A stretch of DNA of 64,000 bases from Phoronis australis (taxonomy: Eukaryota; Animalia; Phoronida). Positions 26,501-39,200 of the stretch are shown in pieces. Position numbers and translations under genes: made by a program. The stretch is from NCBI GenBank assembly GCA_002633005.1, contig NMRA01000689.1:139137-203136 (forward strand), given 5' to 3'. Every line of letters begins with the position of its first letter. Positions within the stretch are counted from its first letter, which is position 1. The notes under the pieces were generated by a model, which was given only the letters and a program-made list of their open reading frames with translations, was not told the DNA's origin and made no database searches.

Positions 26501-28275
26501 TGAGTTGATAAATAGCGGTATCATTTATAAAAACTATACTTCGAATACGATGTCACCATTTTATGAATTAATCAGCTACTTATACTCCATTGTATTTTCT
26601 AAATTTCAATTTTGCGGAATACAAAGTGCCGCCTATTCTTTGCTTACGTGAATTTAGACATAGTATTAGTTTTAGAAAATGTTTCTGCGATTGTTTCAAA
26701 CACCATGTAGCTGTCTCGTTTTATAAAGCCAACGATAGTCAGATGACAGCACTCCAACATCAAATTCACTACAATGCAGACATGCGCACCATCACCCCTG
26801 CGCGCTCTTTTCTCAACCCTGTCGTTAAACTGAGTGACCCTATAGGGGCACAGGGACGCAGGCAATAAACTGAGCAACGTTTATGTTCGTGGTCGCCATA
26901 CCTTTCACTAGTTCTTTACTTTTCTTCACAAATCTCGTTCCTGTATTGCTAAGCTTTTAGAATATTTTCTCCCGCCAGGCTTTTAATGAAAATTAAAAGC
27001 CGTTCGTGTGAAAATGTGTTTGCAATGCAAATCATTAAGAGGTTATGTTGCCTCTCTTCCTGTATACCGGATTCTGATGGCCTTTCATTCCTGTACATAC
27101 ATTTGACACGATTCATAGGAGACTTTTCAGATAAAATACTAAATTTCTTAGTCTCTATAATGAATACTGGTTCAGTCCGTTCACTACATTTCACCATGTT
27201 TTCTTACATGTCGTGATACATAAAAACCCGTCGGATCATTCGCAGTGGTCAATTTCGTCACCTTTGTGTCGTTACCAAGTTTCGGGTAATCAAAAATGCT
27301 TTCATACATAAACAAATTTCAATTACCTCAGCAGTACACGTTTACTTGGGCTTCAAGTTGACGATATTTACTTTTCGCGTCATCTTACGTCAACACATCC
27401 TCACACCCATATTGGCAAAGCATGACGGAAACATGTTTATATGTCACGGGTGGCAAATAATAGCAGATACTTTGCCTAAATTATTGCCACCTGACAAACA
27501 GCAACAATAAATTAATGAACACAAGAGCTGGGCCACAGTAGTATTATAAACAAAGAACACATTCGAGATAATGCGTGTAGCTACCAAATAATACATAAAC
27601 AGTTTGGATGTAATAAAACAAACACGAAACTGCTAATATCACATTTTTACTTTTTTTTTTAAGAAACTACAACCAGTGTTGCCATTTCCAGCTGCCGCAC
27701 GTGCTGGGAGTTTATATAAGGCATGTATTCATTTACGTAATCGCCACTGTTCGCGTTTTCCACGGTAGTTGCGAGAGTTGTTGAAACAGGATATAACGAG
27801 ATCCGATTGCGTTGATTCGTGACGAAAATTGAAAACTGCTTGTTAGCGGTACCGGATGTTTTACTACGTCTACAAGGTTATGGCGAAAAATTTCATACAA
27901 ACCCACCTGCAATTGTTATATGGTGAAAGCGCAAGCGAGGTGAAATTTCTGCTGAATCCTGTTATCTTTATTTTTTGTATAATTTAAAGTTCTCAGCCCA
28001 CTTTGTTGAGCAGTTTTAACCGCATCATACCAAATATAGTTTGAGAAGAAATACAGTCACGTGTAGCAGCGCTACCAATTTGACGTATCAATTTCTAAAA
28101 TATTGATGTTTAAAGTAACCCGTTTAATAATATGTCGTTGTTTTTTCTTTGGTTTCTTTTTGTTTGTTTATACAAGAACGATCAAACTGTGTTCGCTTGC
28201 ATGCATGGTACAACCTAGCGCCATTACCATTACTTGCTGAACCAACAGTCTCTGCCATGACTCGTTTTATTTCGA

Positions 28276-28485
28276 GGAGACATTGTGGCGCAGTGCTCTG
28301 AGACCCCGGTTCAAATCCTGGCTTTACTGGCAGACAATCAAGCATTGCACAAAGATGTCTCTTACTCCTCTTAGCTTGGTCTTAGTGAACGTATGCAACG
28401 GAGTAAATGATAACCTGCGGGATGTAACGCGAAAGCGATTTCTGGGAGTGTGCCCATATTGAGTACTAAAGAACTTCTATTATTT
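28276..28485 (+). mobile_element. tRNA-derived SINE-like element
   Basis: A-box-like tggcgcagtg and B-box ggttcaaatcc near the 5' end, no complete cloverleaf, AT-rich (tat)n tail at the 3' end. Confidence 0.55.
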
Positions 28486-31400
28486 AAAGTTAATTTTATT
28501 TTTCACAATTCAAAAGCTAATGACGTTGAAATGAACTGTAACTGTTAAACAGTACGTTAGTTATATCGGCGTTTTTTAAGAATTTAACAAAACAGAAATT
28601 TTAAAGCGTTATCCTGATTATATAGCACCATGTTATATACTTCAACTTTGTGCTATTCACCAGACAAGATACGGAAATACACTGTCGGTAAAAATCTACC
28701 ACTGTCCATTTTCTTGTTCATTATCTAATCCACGAAAACCAACATAGCTTCTGAGAGTTTTGCGTTAGTAAGACAATTCTAATAAACGCTTTGTCTAAAC
28801 TAATTGGATTTATATCTTATTTGTATTGATTATGGAATGAAGACAGTTGAGCACACGTTGCACGTTTCATTTATGTAAGGTATTTCTTCCGAGCTGGGGA
28901 AACTTTCAGCGAATATGTTCTTTTACGACAAACTGCCCCATAAACGTGTTTTTTGTCAACAGTATGGCACGATAGACGTTAACGCCCGCAACAGAATTTG
29001 TGGGAGGGGTTTGTGTAGCCTCGCATCATAATTTGTTAGGTCGAGGTGTAACGTTGTTTGTAGAGGCTCGAGGGTAGTGCTTGGGCATCTATTCTCTTTT
29101 GATCCCAACATGTGTTGTCCTCAAAGTCTCTGCTATGGTAAAAAATCTACCGGGCATTTCCGATAAAGCACCACGTGCACTTTTTCTTCCTACAGTTTCG
29201 GCAATTCCCGGAATATGGTAAGTTTATATCGTATATGCGCAGCCCCTGCGCTTGTGGCGACGCTGCGCATGCTTATCCGAATTTAGTCTCGGGAGGGCCA
29301 AAAATGTTACCCAGTTTGACTGGGCATCCTATTTTTCCGTGGAAAAAGAGCCAGGGAGTATTGGGCGCCCGCTGCAAGATCGATGTGCGACATGTTGCGG
29401 CAACGCCACAGGGTCTGTGCCATTTTGTGCCACTGTGTACAGTACGATAAATATGTCGTCGACGTTGTTGTGTCAGAGGAATGTCTTGTTGTAAACTTAC
29501 ACCATGACGTGCTATCGTCATCGCACCAATATAATTTGTGATTGCTTACGTCAACTAAGTGGTTTAATGTGAATTCATTCTAATGTGAAAAGGAAGGGCA
29601 GTGTCATTTTCGACATCAACACAGGCACTAGAAACGATTTATTCGTTCTAAGCTCTTAGATTACGTGTAGTTATTCTCTCTGTCGCCAATGGTGTTTGTC
29701 TTAATGGAGTTTTCGGTGAAGTTTCGCGTCACTTTAATGCATTAGACGCTCCAGTTATTAGCGCCATTGACTGGGATGGTCTATAACTGTCGTTAGACAA
29801 CGTTAGGCTCAAGAAATGCTATTGTTTCATTTTTAGTCTTAACGCTGTTTGTTAAGGTGGCTAAAAGCGGAAATCGAATTCAACCGCTTACTGTCATAAA
29901 ATCGGTCTTTGAGTCCTTTTCTTGACATGATTCTATTTTATTGGCCAAGAAGAAAACATCGAAACCATCAGCGGCTCAAAAAGCTTCAGAGTTTTTTGAA
30001 TTGCCCAACCATTAAATTTTGGTTCGAAAATGGCGCACGTACGCATTGCCTGTCATTCAGCAAATATTCAAGATTGGATTTACGTGGTCGTGTTTTTAAA
30101 CCCCACAGCGTTTGCGTAAGAATTGAACATTGACAATCAAGCAGGAGAGAAATGCAACTTTAAGTTAACACACATTACGTAACAAAACAGGTGACTTGCG
30201 GGTACGCGGCAGACAATGTGTGCTCTGAAAAAACAACAGAGAATTAGGAAGCGAATGGCAGGGGCATGTCGTCTGCTCCTGAATAGCGTACACGGTAGAG
30301 CACGTGCGAGCATGCGCGGGATAAACAGGTGATAAGTAGAACAGCAATGGAGGTGATCATGAGGCCGGGTGACAGCTACGGGTAAGGGCGAATCGCGAAA
30401 TTTGTATGACAACGGGTTATTAGTATTGAAAAATATTTACCAATATGTTCATGAAATGCCCATTTTGTCAATTTTCCTCCCATTGTCTGCGAAGTATAGC
30501 CTACCAACAGTAGTACAAAAAGAACACGTAAAACGGCAATAAACGCACACATGTAACAATGATTCTGGAATTCCTTCATGAAATTGGTGAGCCACTGGGC
30601 ACTACGAAAGTGTCAAAACCATTAAAAAAATTGGATTTGTACCTTAATCAGATTTGTGAATTGTTCAGTTAATGATACAAACATGCCATTTACAAAAACA
30701 TTTTTGCAAAAAATATGACTAGTCATAAAAAATCTAATATGGCGACCAGTTTTTTAAGATCGCCGATAGTGGATAGGAAAACAACTACTAACCACAAAAA
30801 CAATCGATTTCTTACAACTTGGGCAAAAGTTATTAGTTTTTAACATCTTCAGCTGATTTATTACATCACAAATCTTAGGGCCAATAATTGCATAAATTCT
30901 TTACACTGAACAAAAAATTCACCCGATGGCTTAATGAATCAATTTCATGCTTACGCGATCTTGAGATCAAGCAAAATTTCAAGTTCAAGCACAACAAAAG
31001 TACCGGAAGGTGCACTTATAGGAGTGCCGAAATAAAAAAAAAAACGTACCGTAAGTTTGCAGTAAAATTGTCTCATGACACCATTACAGAGATCGTAAGA
31101 ACTCTAGGGCCATCGCACGCCAGCACAACACTTGGTTTTTCTGAAAAATGCTTCAAGCTGTTCGTGCAAATATAACGGCGTCCGTATGTCTGAACTTCGT
31201 ATGTAAGCCGCAAAACATTCTACTCCGTCTGCGAAGGTCTGCGATCGTCGGTATTCCGAGAATAAAGGGGTTTCATACGAACCTATCGTTCGTAAGAAAC
31301 TTTTTACCGTAGCCTTTTCTCTCCGTTTGCTCGTGATTACATCAGCTGATGGTGCATCAATAGTCAACTTGTCGGACTAATCACAGTATGAATATGTACC

Positions 31401-31559
31401 CTTTCGGTGAATAGTGCGAGACGTGCACGAAACAAATATTTTATCGGAATATTCCGACAACGAGAATAAAGATGAAGAACACAGACCAGATTGATGGCGT
31501 TCAGATTAATGTGCTGTTGGCTAATCCGCTATCGGAGAGCACTGCCTCCCGTTCAGTAA

Positions 31560-31668
31560 CGCTAGGACCTCGCTAAAAAAACAAGACTTCGCGAGATTAC
31601 GTGATAAATTGCCGTGTATTTTAAATGAGAACACATGACTCTGACTAGGTTTTATCTAGGTCCTAGCG
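31560..31668. mobile_element. Short MITE-like element
   Basis: Inverted termini cgctaggacct...aggtcctagcg. A related copy lies at about 51396-51492. Confidence 0.55.
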
Positions 31669-33242
31669 TAGATCCTAGCGTCCACTAAACACACGCCTGC
31701 TCTACTGTCAACCCCCACTAGCTAATTCATTATCGGTTTCCGGAGATCACGTGACAAAAGTCCCGCGCGCTTGGAGATGTGATAATTACATTATAATCAG
31801 AGTTCAACGTTGACTATAATGTAATCCTAAATTCTTTAAGTAACAAACTCGAACATTTTCTGACGTCACAGTGACATCATGGTCATTCAACTGTAATCTT
31901 AATAATACATTTTTCAGTGACTGTAAAGCGGATTATGCTCCTTTAATTGTGACGTCTTTGTTGCTCTATTTAATATACATGGACTCATTACTCAGGAGAT
32001 GTGTTAGTGTACATCGCATTGCTACATGCTTTCTCACAGTAAAATTCATATTCTTGTAATTCTCAAATACTGAAACAAAGACAAAACAAAAACATAAATG
32101 TTTTGTGTTAATAAAAGGTCCCCTTCAATACTTGGAATATCCACTGTTTTGTGTTCATTGTATTATAGTTGCTCTTTGCTGCTACATCAAGGACTATGAA
32201 CTATGGTGGCTGGGAATGTCAATTTGTTCAAGGTGTAAAGTTCGATATATTGTTTATAGTTTAATGCAAGACGTGGATCAAAGTCTTTTCATGTAATACT
32301 TTGCATGTAATTGTATCATTTCTGAAAACAGTAGAAAGAAACCTTTTTTCGCTGGAGAATCGTCATTGGTCGAGGGTCTTTAAACAGGAACCCCACATGA
32401 CCACTGTGAGAAAATGAGCTTCTTCATTGTCGTTATTTGAGAAGAGGAACTCACAGATTTAGAATTCTCATAGAACAAACTGTCACAATAGCCCCAATAT
32501 GGTATACCGTTGGCCCATGCCTTTGCACATGCCCGGAGGAGGGCACGTGGTAAGTTGTACGTGGACTCGTTGTACATCTATTGTATCAACATTACGATCA
32601 TTTCCTCAGCAAATGGTAGCATTGAACAGTGGTGCAAATCGATGAAAAACACAGTGCAGAAGCTAAAGTTGTCCGACTCGTATACAGAGGCGGATTTAGG
32701 AAGCGACCGTTCCCTCCCCCCTCCTACTACAGAAACGACCGAAAAAAGCACTCGCCATGCCGACTTTAGGGCCTTTTCTGTTGTTGCCGCTCCCTCTCCC
32801 TTACGACATATTAGATCCGCGAGTGCGCGCATGAGAAATCATTGATCTAGGTAACATTGTTAGTTCCGTTATATGAACAATTCCACGGATTAATTTAGAA
32901 GTGATCAGTTGACATGGCACACTGTTATTTGAGTCACAGGTACGGGTTGTCTTTTGGCGCAACCTTTCGTCTCTGTGGAGCGTATTGCTACTGTTCATGA
33001 GTGAACGTAAACAAATCTCCGATTGGTCAATCAACTCAGGAGACTATAATTTTTCCGCGAATCAAAATCCAACCGCCTTGTCAGTAAGTATTTACGCACA
33101 AATGTGAGCGAACGTTCTCATAATCTCAGATGATCTTGTGAAAAGCACAAGCAAGATCTGCGAAAATTTAATTGTAGACGTACATCACCATTTCGAGTTT
33201 GTTGTTCAATAAACAACAGTATTAGCGTTGACCAAGGCAAGA

Positions 33243-36200
33243 ATGCTTGTGGCAATTGTTGAGATCTTGCTTCTTGCAAGTTTGCAAGTTGCTAAATCAA
33301 GGACAATTCACGCTTCTTCTGGAAGTAAGAGTTCGACAGAAAAACCGACCTATCTGAGTCAAGCCATTGCTAAATATGTTGAAACTGCTAACGCAAAAGA
33401 CCATGCGAATTCTGTGCTTCCCGAGAGCGAAACAGTTATAACGCGAGGCGGACGAGCCATTTCAGATGACGTGTTTACAAACATAGAAGTACCTCGCAGG
33501 ATGTATCGAAAAGGTAAGTTGATGGTGCCAATAGATTTTTTCGGTGAAAATTGAGTACAAGAAGTTGCGTAAAAAAGCAGTCACCTCTCATGTGAGTAAA
33601 AAACCACCTGAAACCAGTTTTACAGCGGTAGGTTTACTAAATCACAAGTTAGCTTCTTGAGCGGAACGCGCAGGTTTATAGCCGATTTAAGGCCAACAGA
33701 AAGCAAGGTCTNCGCGTGTAATAATTAGCCTGGATTTCTTAGTCTGTCGAAGTCTCATCATTGAAAAAGCATTGGAATGACGATACGCCAAATCGATTTG
33801 TACTTTTGATTTGATTTGTATATTGTCTGTGGTACTAAATGCCGTTTGTTCATGGGAAATGAATTTACGTATGCATGTCGTGGTTTGAAACTATAGACGT
33901 AACGGTGTGAAACTAATGGACAGCGAAATACTCCAGCAGACTTGAAAATTGAGGTTGTCCAGTCAAACAGAGGCGCAGGGTCCAGTCGTGCACTAAACGA
34001 CCAAAAAATGACATCACCTGGTGATCATATTCCATACTCTGATCGTTTTGACCTTGGCTGCAACAGTCAGTGTGTCTACCGGACTAGTCTACCAGTTGTT
34101 TTCTCATTTCGGGGCACTGTAGAGCTGGGTATACTCTAACAACCATGCTTAAATTAAATTTTGTTTAAATGCGACCTTAAGCACTTATTGTGAATTATCG
34201 CTTGGAACTGTTTTGCTCTGACAAGCGTGTCAACGGTAATTGATAAAATTTGTTAGTACTCTAAACCGAAATGATTTTTAAAAACCTTTAAAATTGATCC
34301 TAAATTGGTACTTTGTTCAGAATTTGTGGATTTGAATGTAACCAAATTTTGTTAAAAACACGATTTTGACCTATATCGTCTGGAAGGCTTGCAGCTCGTG
34401 TGTTAAACTGGTACAGAACGACAAAACACTGTAACGCGCAACAAAACGGAGAGTCTTTTCAAGAGTCGCTCACGTCATAAAATGACGCGTCATACTTTCC
34501 ACAATTTGCACTGAACATGATAACTAACCTCTCACGAGCACTTGCATGACCCAATCAGAGCCGAATGTTCGAAAGAAGAATTTTTGTCGCTCATCGAACA
34601 AGAGGACCTTTGGACCACGGGCGGTCCTCCGCACTCTGGAACCACCAATCTTTCGACACTGGACCGCTGACATACGCTTACCACTTGGATATGTATCAGT
34701 GTTCGTTACCACGTGACTGGCACACTTAGCGCAGACCATAGGCGTTACCAATAATTGCGGTTAGCCACATTTTTTCCCGCTTGTTTTAATTAGCTGACGT
34801 GCAGCTCGGCTAATTTAGTACGTTTTACTTCACCACCGCTAAAACTAAGGCGTCGTCCGCCTATTTATATACTTCTCTGTGCAGCTTTGCTTTTATAAGA
34901 ATAGATGTTAGTAGTAATTTCACTGTTGTGACTTCTGTAAAGGGAAAACTCTGGGCAAGAAAAGTAATTTTACAGAAATCAGCAGTAGCGCGAGCTCGAA
35001 CGCTCTTCCGCTGAGTCAAATCCCAGGCATTAAATAACAGAGTGTTTCAAACGTATTTAAGAACGGTAAAGACACAGGCCTTGATTTCAGCGAATGTCTG
35101 GCAGACGACAGTAAAAACTGACCATTTGTATTAAATCATAATAATACAACGGGTTTTGTTTCATAGCTCTGCTTAAAGCTAATAACTTCAACAAGTCTTT
35201 TCCAATCAACAGTAATCTCAAAATTGCGTTTTTCGCCCGCAAAAACGATAACATCCCTTTAACGACCTCTATTGTGGTAATGAATACTGAGACTTTCACA
35301 ATAAATAATTCGTTATTTGTTTAACAAATTGTGTATTCGCAGTAGTTTGGAACAGGGAATCAGTTAAATAATAACGACCCAATACCCCTTTTGACGAGCA
35401 GTGGGCATTGACACGACATAGGTCGATAACGATGCTGATTTCAACGAAAACGTACGAGTAGTTAGAAATATGCTGCAGACGCGTGAACTTTTTTGATTTA
35501 CGATTTGCTTTCGCAATAATTATTCACAGTATCAATGACGTCATCATATAATAGATTTCGGTTTAAACAATGATAACCGATGTAATATATGAACACAAAT
35601 ATTTACTTGATGGTATTAAGTTAAATTGTAGAAAACACTTACGTCAAACAATATTCACTTAGGTTTAAATGCTTAGTACCATGGGCCGATTTACTTCGAC
35701 AAATTTCATGATAAAAGTTACGCACCTCGCTGTCGCGTGTGTGCATGACTGGATTCGTGTTTTCTTAAGCAAATAAGAGCTTGGAGCGGTTTTAATCAGC
35801 CAACAAATTAGGGCAGCGTTAAAGTTCAATAACTGTGTATGGCTTTGTTTTTTGTTTAAATTAACACCACAGTCTATTTCCTAGGTCATTGGCACTCAAA
35901 GTTCTTTTCAAAACGGTTCCAAATTATTCATCACCGTCACGCAATCGAATGCGTACACTGTGTTCATTGCATCACAATTTTTGTAAGCTAGGTCAAAACT
36001 TCGGAAACATTGATTCTAAAAAGTCGCCCAATGCAATAACCGTTAATACCACCTGTCTTGTGGGTCGGCTGTTGGCTATCAAACGACCAAGTTTCTTGGA
36101 CTTGGTTCTGTGAGTTACATAAGGATCAGTTGTAAGTATTTCCCGTCATAACGCGTTCAGGGTTCACAATTGCTGTGTTTATGTGTATTATGTTTTCCAT

Positions 36201-39200
36201 GCAAAAAGGGCCACCTGGTGGAATCCTGTAAACTATCTCAGATCAGGAAATATGACCACGTTAGATACTAACTGTAGATAAAGAGATAGATGGACGGACG
36301 GTTGGATGGATGGATGGATGGATAGATGGATGGATGGATGGATGGATGGATGGATGGATGGATGGATGGATGGATGGAGTGGATGAATGGATGGGCTACA
36401 GGCAGACAGACAGGCAGGCAGGCAGGCAGGCAGACAGACGGACGAACAGTTAGGCAGACAGACAGACTGACAGTCAGGCAGAAAATGCCAATAAGACTTT
36501 TAAAAGACTTCGAAGCCTCTTGCACGAAATCCACCTAGTTTATCTAGTTTAAACAAAATAACCTATTTAGGCCTAAGTAGTTAACGTGTCGGACGAGTGC
36601 AGTCGTTAGTACTTTAGTGAGTAATAATAGAGTTACAGAAAAACTGACAACTGAACTATGAAGACAACATACAGAGAGATAAAGACTAAGATAAACAGAA
36701 AGAGTCCTGTCATCTAGGTCATTGAACTATTACAATATTTTGAGAAAACAATTAGAAAGAGAGGTTAATCGCTGAGATACCCGATACAGCAACTGCGTCA
36801 GCTAAAAATAAAACCCTGGCCAATCCGAGTGTTCTCCCATAAGTGGGTGCGTAGGAGCGTGCTGAACTCGGGTGGACCGTATTTTGCGCTCTCAGGCACA
36901 ATCGTCCAGGGTGGGTATCTTGGTTTGGTGGTGTTGCTCGTGGTATTGTTTCGTGTAAATATGCGGAGGGTCGGCAAAAGTAGTATTTTGTCTCGGGCAG
37001 GGTTTGCCGTCCCTCGCATGGAGTGGTCTCGGGTACTCATCTCCCTGATAGTGCATGGTCCATGCATTGCATTGGCGAGCATTTTGATTGTGTCGCGGTA
37101 CCCCATACCCATTATGCGGAAGGAAACGCCCTCTCACAAACAGCTAGTGCTTTGGTTGGATCCATGAATCTGAGAGGGGAAGCTTGTGGCAATTTATGAC
37201 GGAAGTGATAAAATCCACGAACGCAGCTGTTGCGTGCGCCATCAAAATCACAAGCTAAACGATTGGCTACATGCACCATTGTGGCGAAATAAATTGGGCG
37301 GCGTACTTTTATCTCACTTTCTGCATAGAGAGGCTCCTGGGACTAAACGATAAGAAGTTTGTTTTGTAGCGCCACCTATGGCAGTTTCACCAACGCTTTC
37401 GCCTTGTCGGCAAGTCAAATATCTAATTATGTAAAAGTATCAAATGTGCATTCTAAGCAAAAAAGGTATAAACAAAATGGCAAAATCTTATTCCGTGACA
37501 TCTAAAAACATAGTATGCAAAAGTTTCGTATGAATCTCATCGCTATTTATTACATATGGCATTCGTAAGTTAGTAAAATTGAGGTATTTTTCTAGGGACC
37601 TACATAGCTATAACAATGTGTTCTGCAAAAACATGAAAATTCCAGATTTCGGTAAACGTTCTCACGTATGATTTCCAAAATATTATCACAGTGCGGTGGG
37701 TGTCTGTTGCTAGGTGTTACCGGAAGCTGCCTTACCAGCTGAGCCAGTTCCTGCCTTATAAAACCTACATAAGAGAATGTAATAGCGAGACAAATTGCAC
37801 AAATGCGGTTAAAAATCTGGCACAATTTTTAGGTAGTACGCAATTATGAGCAAACGACAACTAGCTTCGATATTAAAACCAGCTGTGGCGCTCTTTGACG
37901 GAAGCAGGAATGTGCCTTCGTCGATTGCAAAGTCATAAATCATGTCGTGCATGAAACATTCATTTTGGAAAATAGCGAACTGAAATGCCGCCTGGTAGTT
38001 GAATTGCAGGTATTTCTAGAAATCAAAAAACTTTAAAAACGTGTTGAAAGGGATTCGAAATCGAAAAATCATTCATGATGTTCAGTAGGCTTAATCTTGC
38101 AATAACATTTTGGAAAGCATTATTGGGTACAATAGGATCTTATTAATACGTTTCGGCTAAATCTTTTGGCCTATGTGAGGAATTCACACAGTGAAACTCA
38201 GTAAATATTTTGAACTTAACTTTACCAGCGTATGTTTTCAATAGCCTGATTGTAATTAGAATCCATAGTTGCCCGTAACAGCGTTCGTCAGTTCGACATA
38301 TGATAGCGAACAAAAGTTCTTGATGCCGACGAAAACCAAATTTTTTTTAATTGCGCAACTTCTATCTTTTTGCTTCAGCTTATATATTACGTGTCTATTT
38401 TTTATTTATTTATTTATTTTGTTTATAGTGGCATGGACGGATCAATATGTATTGGAATGCAAATGGACTTGATAACTGTCGTCGTCATTAAAACTATTTT
38501 CATACATACTGTCAGTTACTTATTTCATAAGAGACCTGATAGTTTGATGATTAGTGAGTTCAAGGTTTCATTACCTGCGTCATTTGCGTAATTAGCAGCT
38601 GTATTGATACAGGAATGTGATCTTTCGTATGGCATTGAAACTCTTCTCGTTGGCAAAAACAAGAACCACCGTCAAATCCTTGTCACCATCACTATTGCTG
38701 CCCACCGTTACCATTAGTGCCTAGTACAACGAGTGCTGCAACATCACACTACCAGTGCGGCCATCACCACATCTATCACCCCTGCCACTACCGTCGCTAT
38801 TAACCCCATCGCTAAAAGTCAGTGGCGGTTAACACTATCATTAATCCCATCCCAGTGGCGGATCCAGGATTTTGTGTTGGGGGGGCAGGGCAGAGTATTG
38901 GCCAGAATTTTGCCCTTCAGACATTCTCACCCCCGAACTGCCAAATGGAATCTGGGAGAATTTTAGGGGAGCCATGTCTCCCTTGGCTCCCCTCTAAATC
39001 CGCCCATTACATGGGCAGCGCAGCGCTGAAAAAAGTGGTTGCTATAGCCCCCTCAGCCCCCCTGTGGTGCACCGCCCATAGACCGTGGACGACGCAGCAC
39101 TCAAAAAAGTGGGGCTATAGCTCCCTCACCAACCCCCTATGGTGTGCCGCCCATGTCATTAGGACACTAAAAGAATGCAACATCCGCCATTTTCATTATC

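Noticed and set aside
36798-37167. Overlapping ORFs of about 100 aa on both strands in a GC-richer intronic patch
   Set aside because: No recognisable domain or splice structure. Such ORFs are expected in locally GC-rich DNA.
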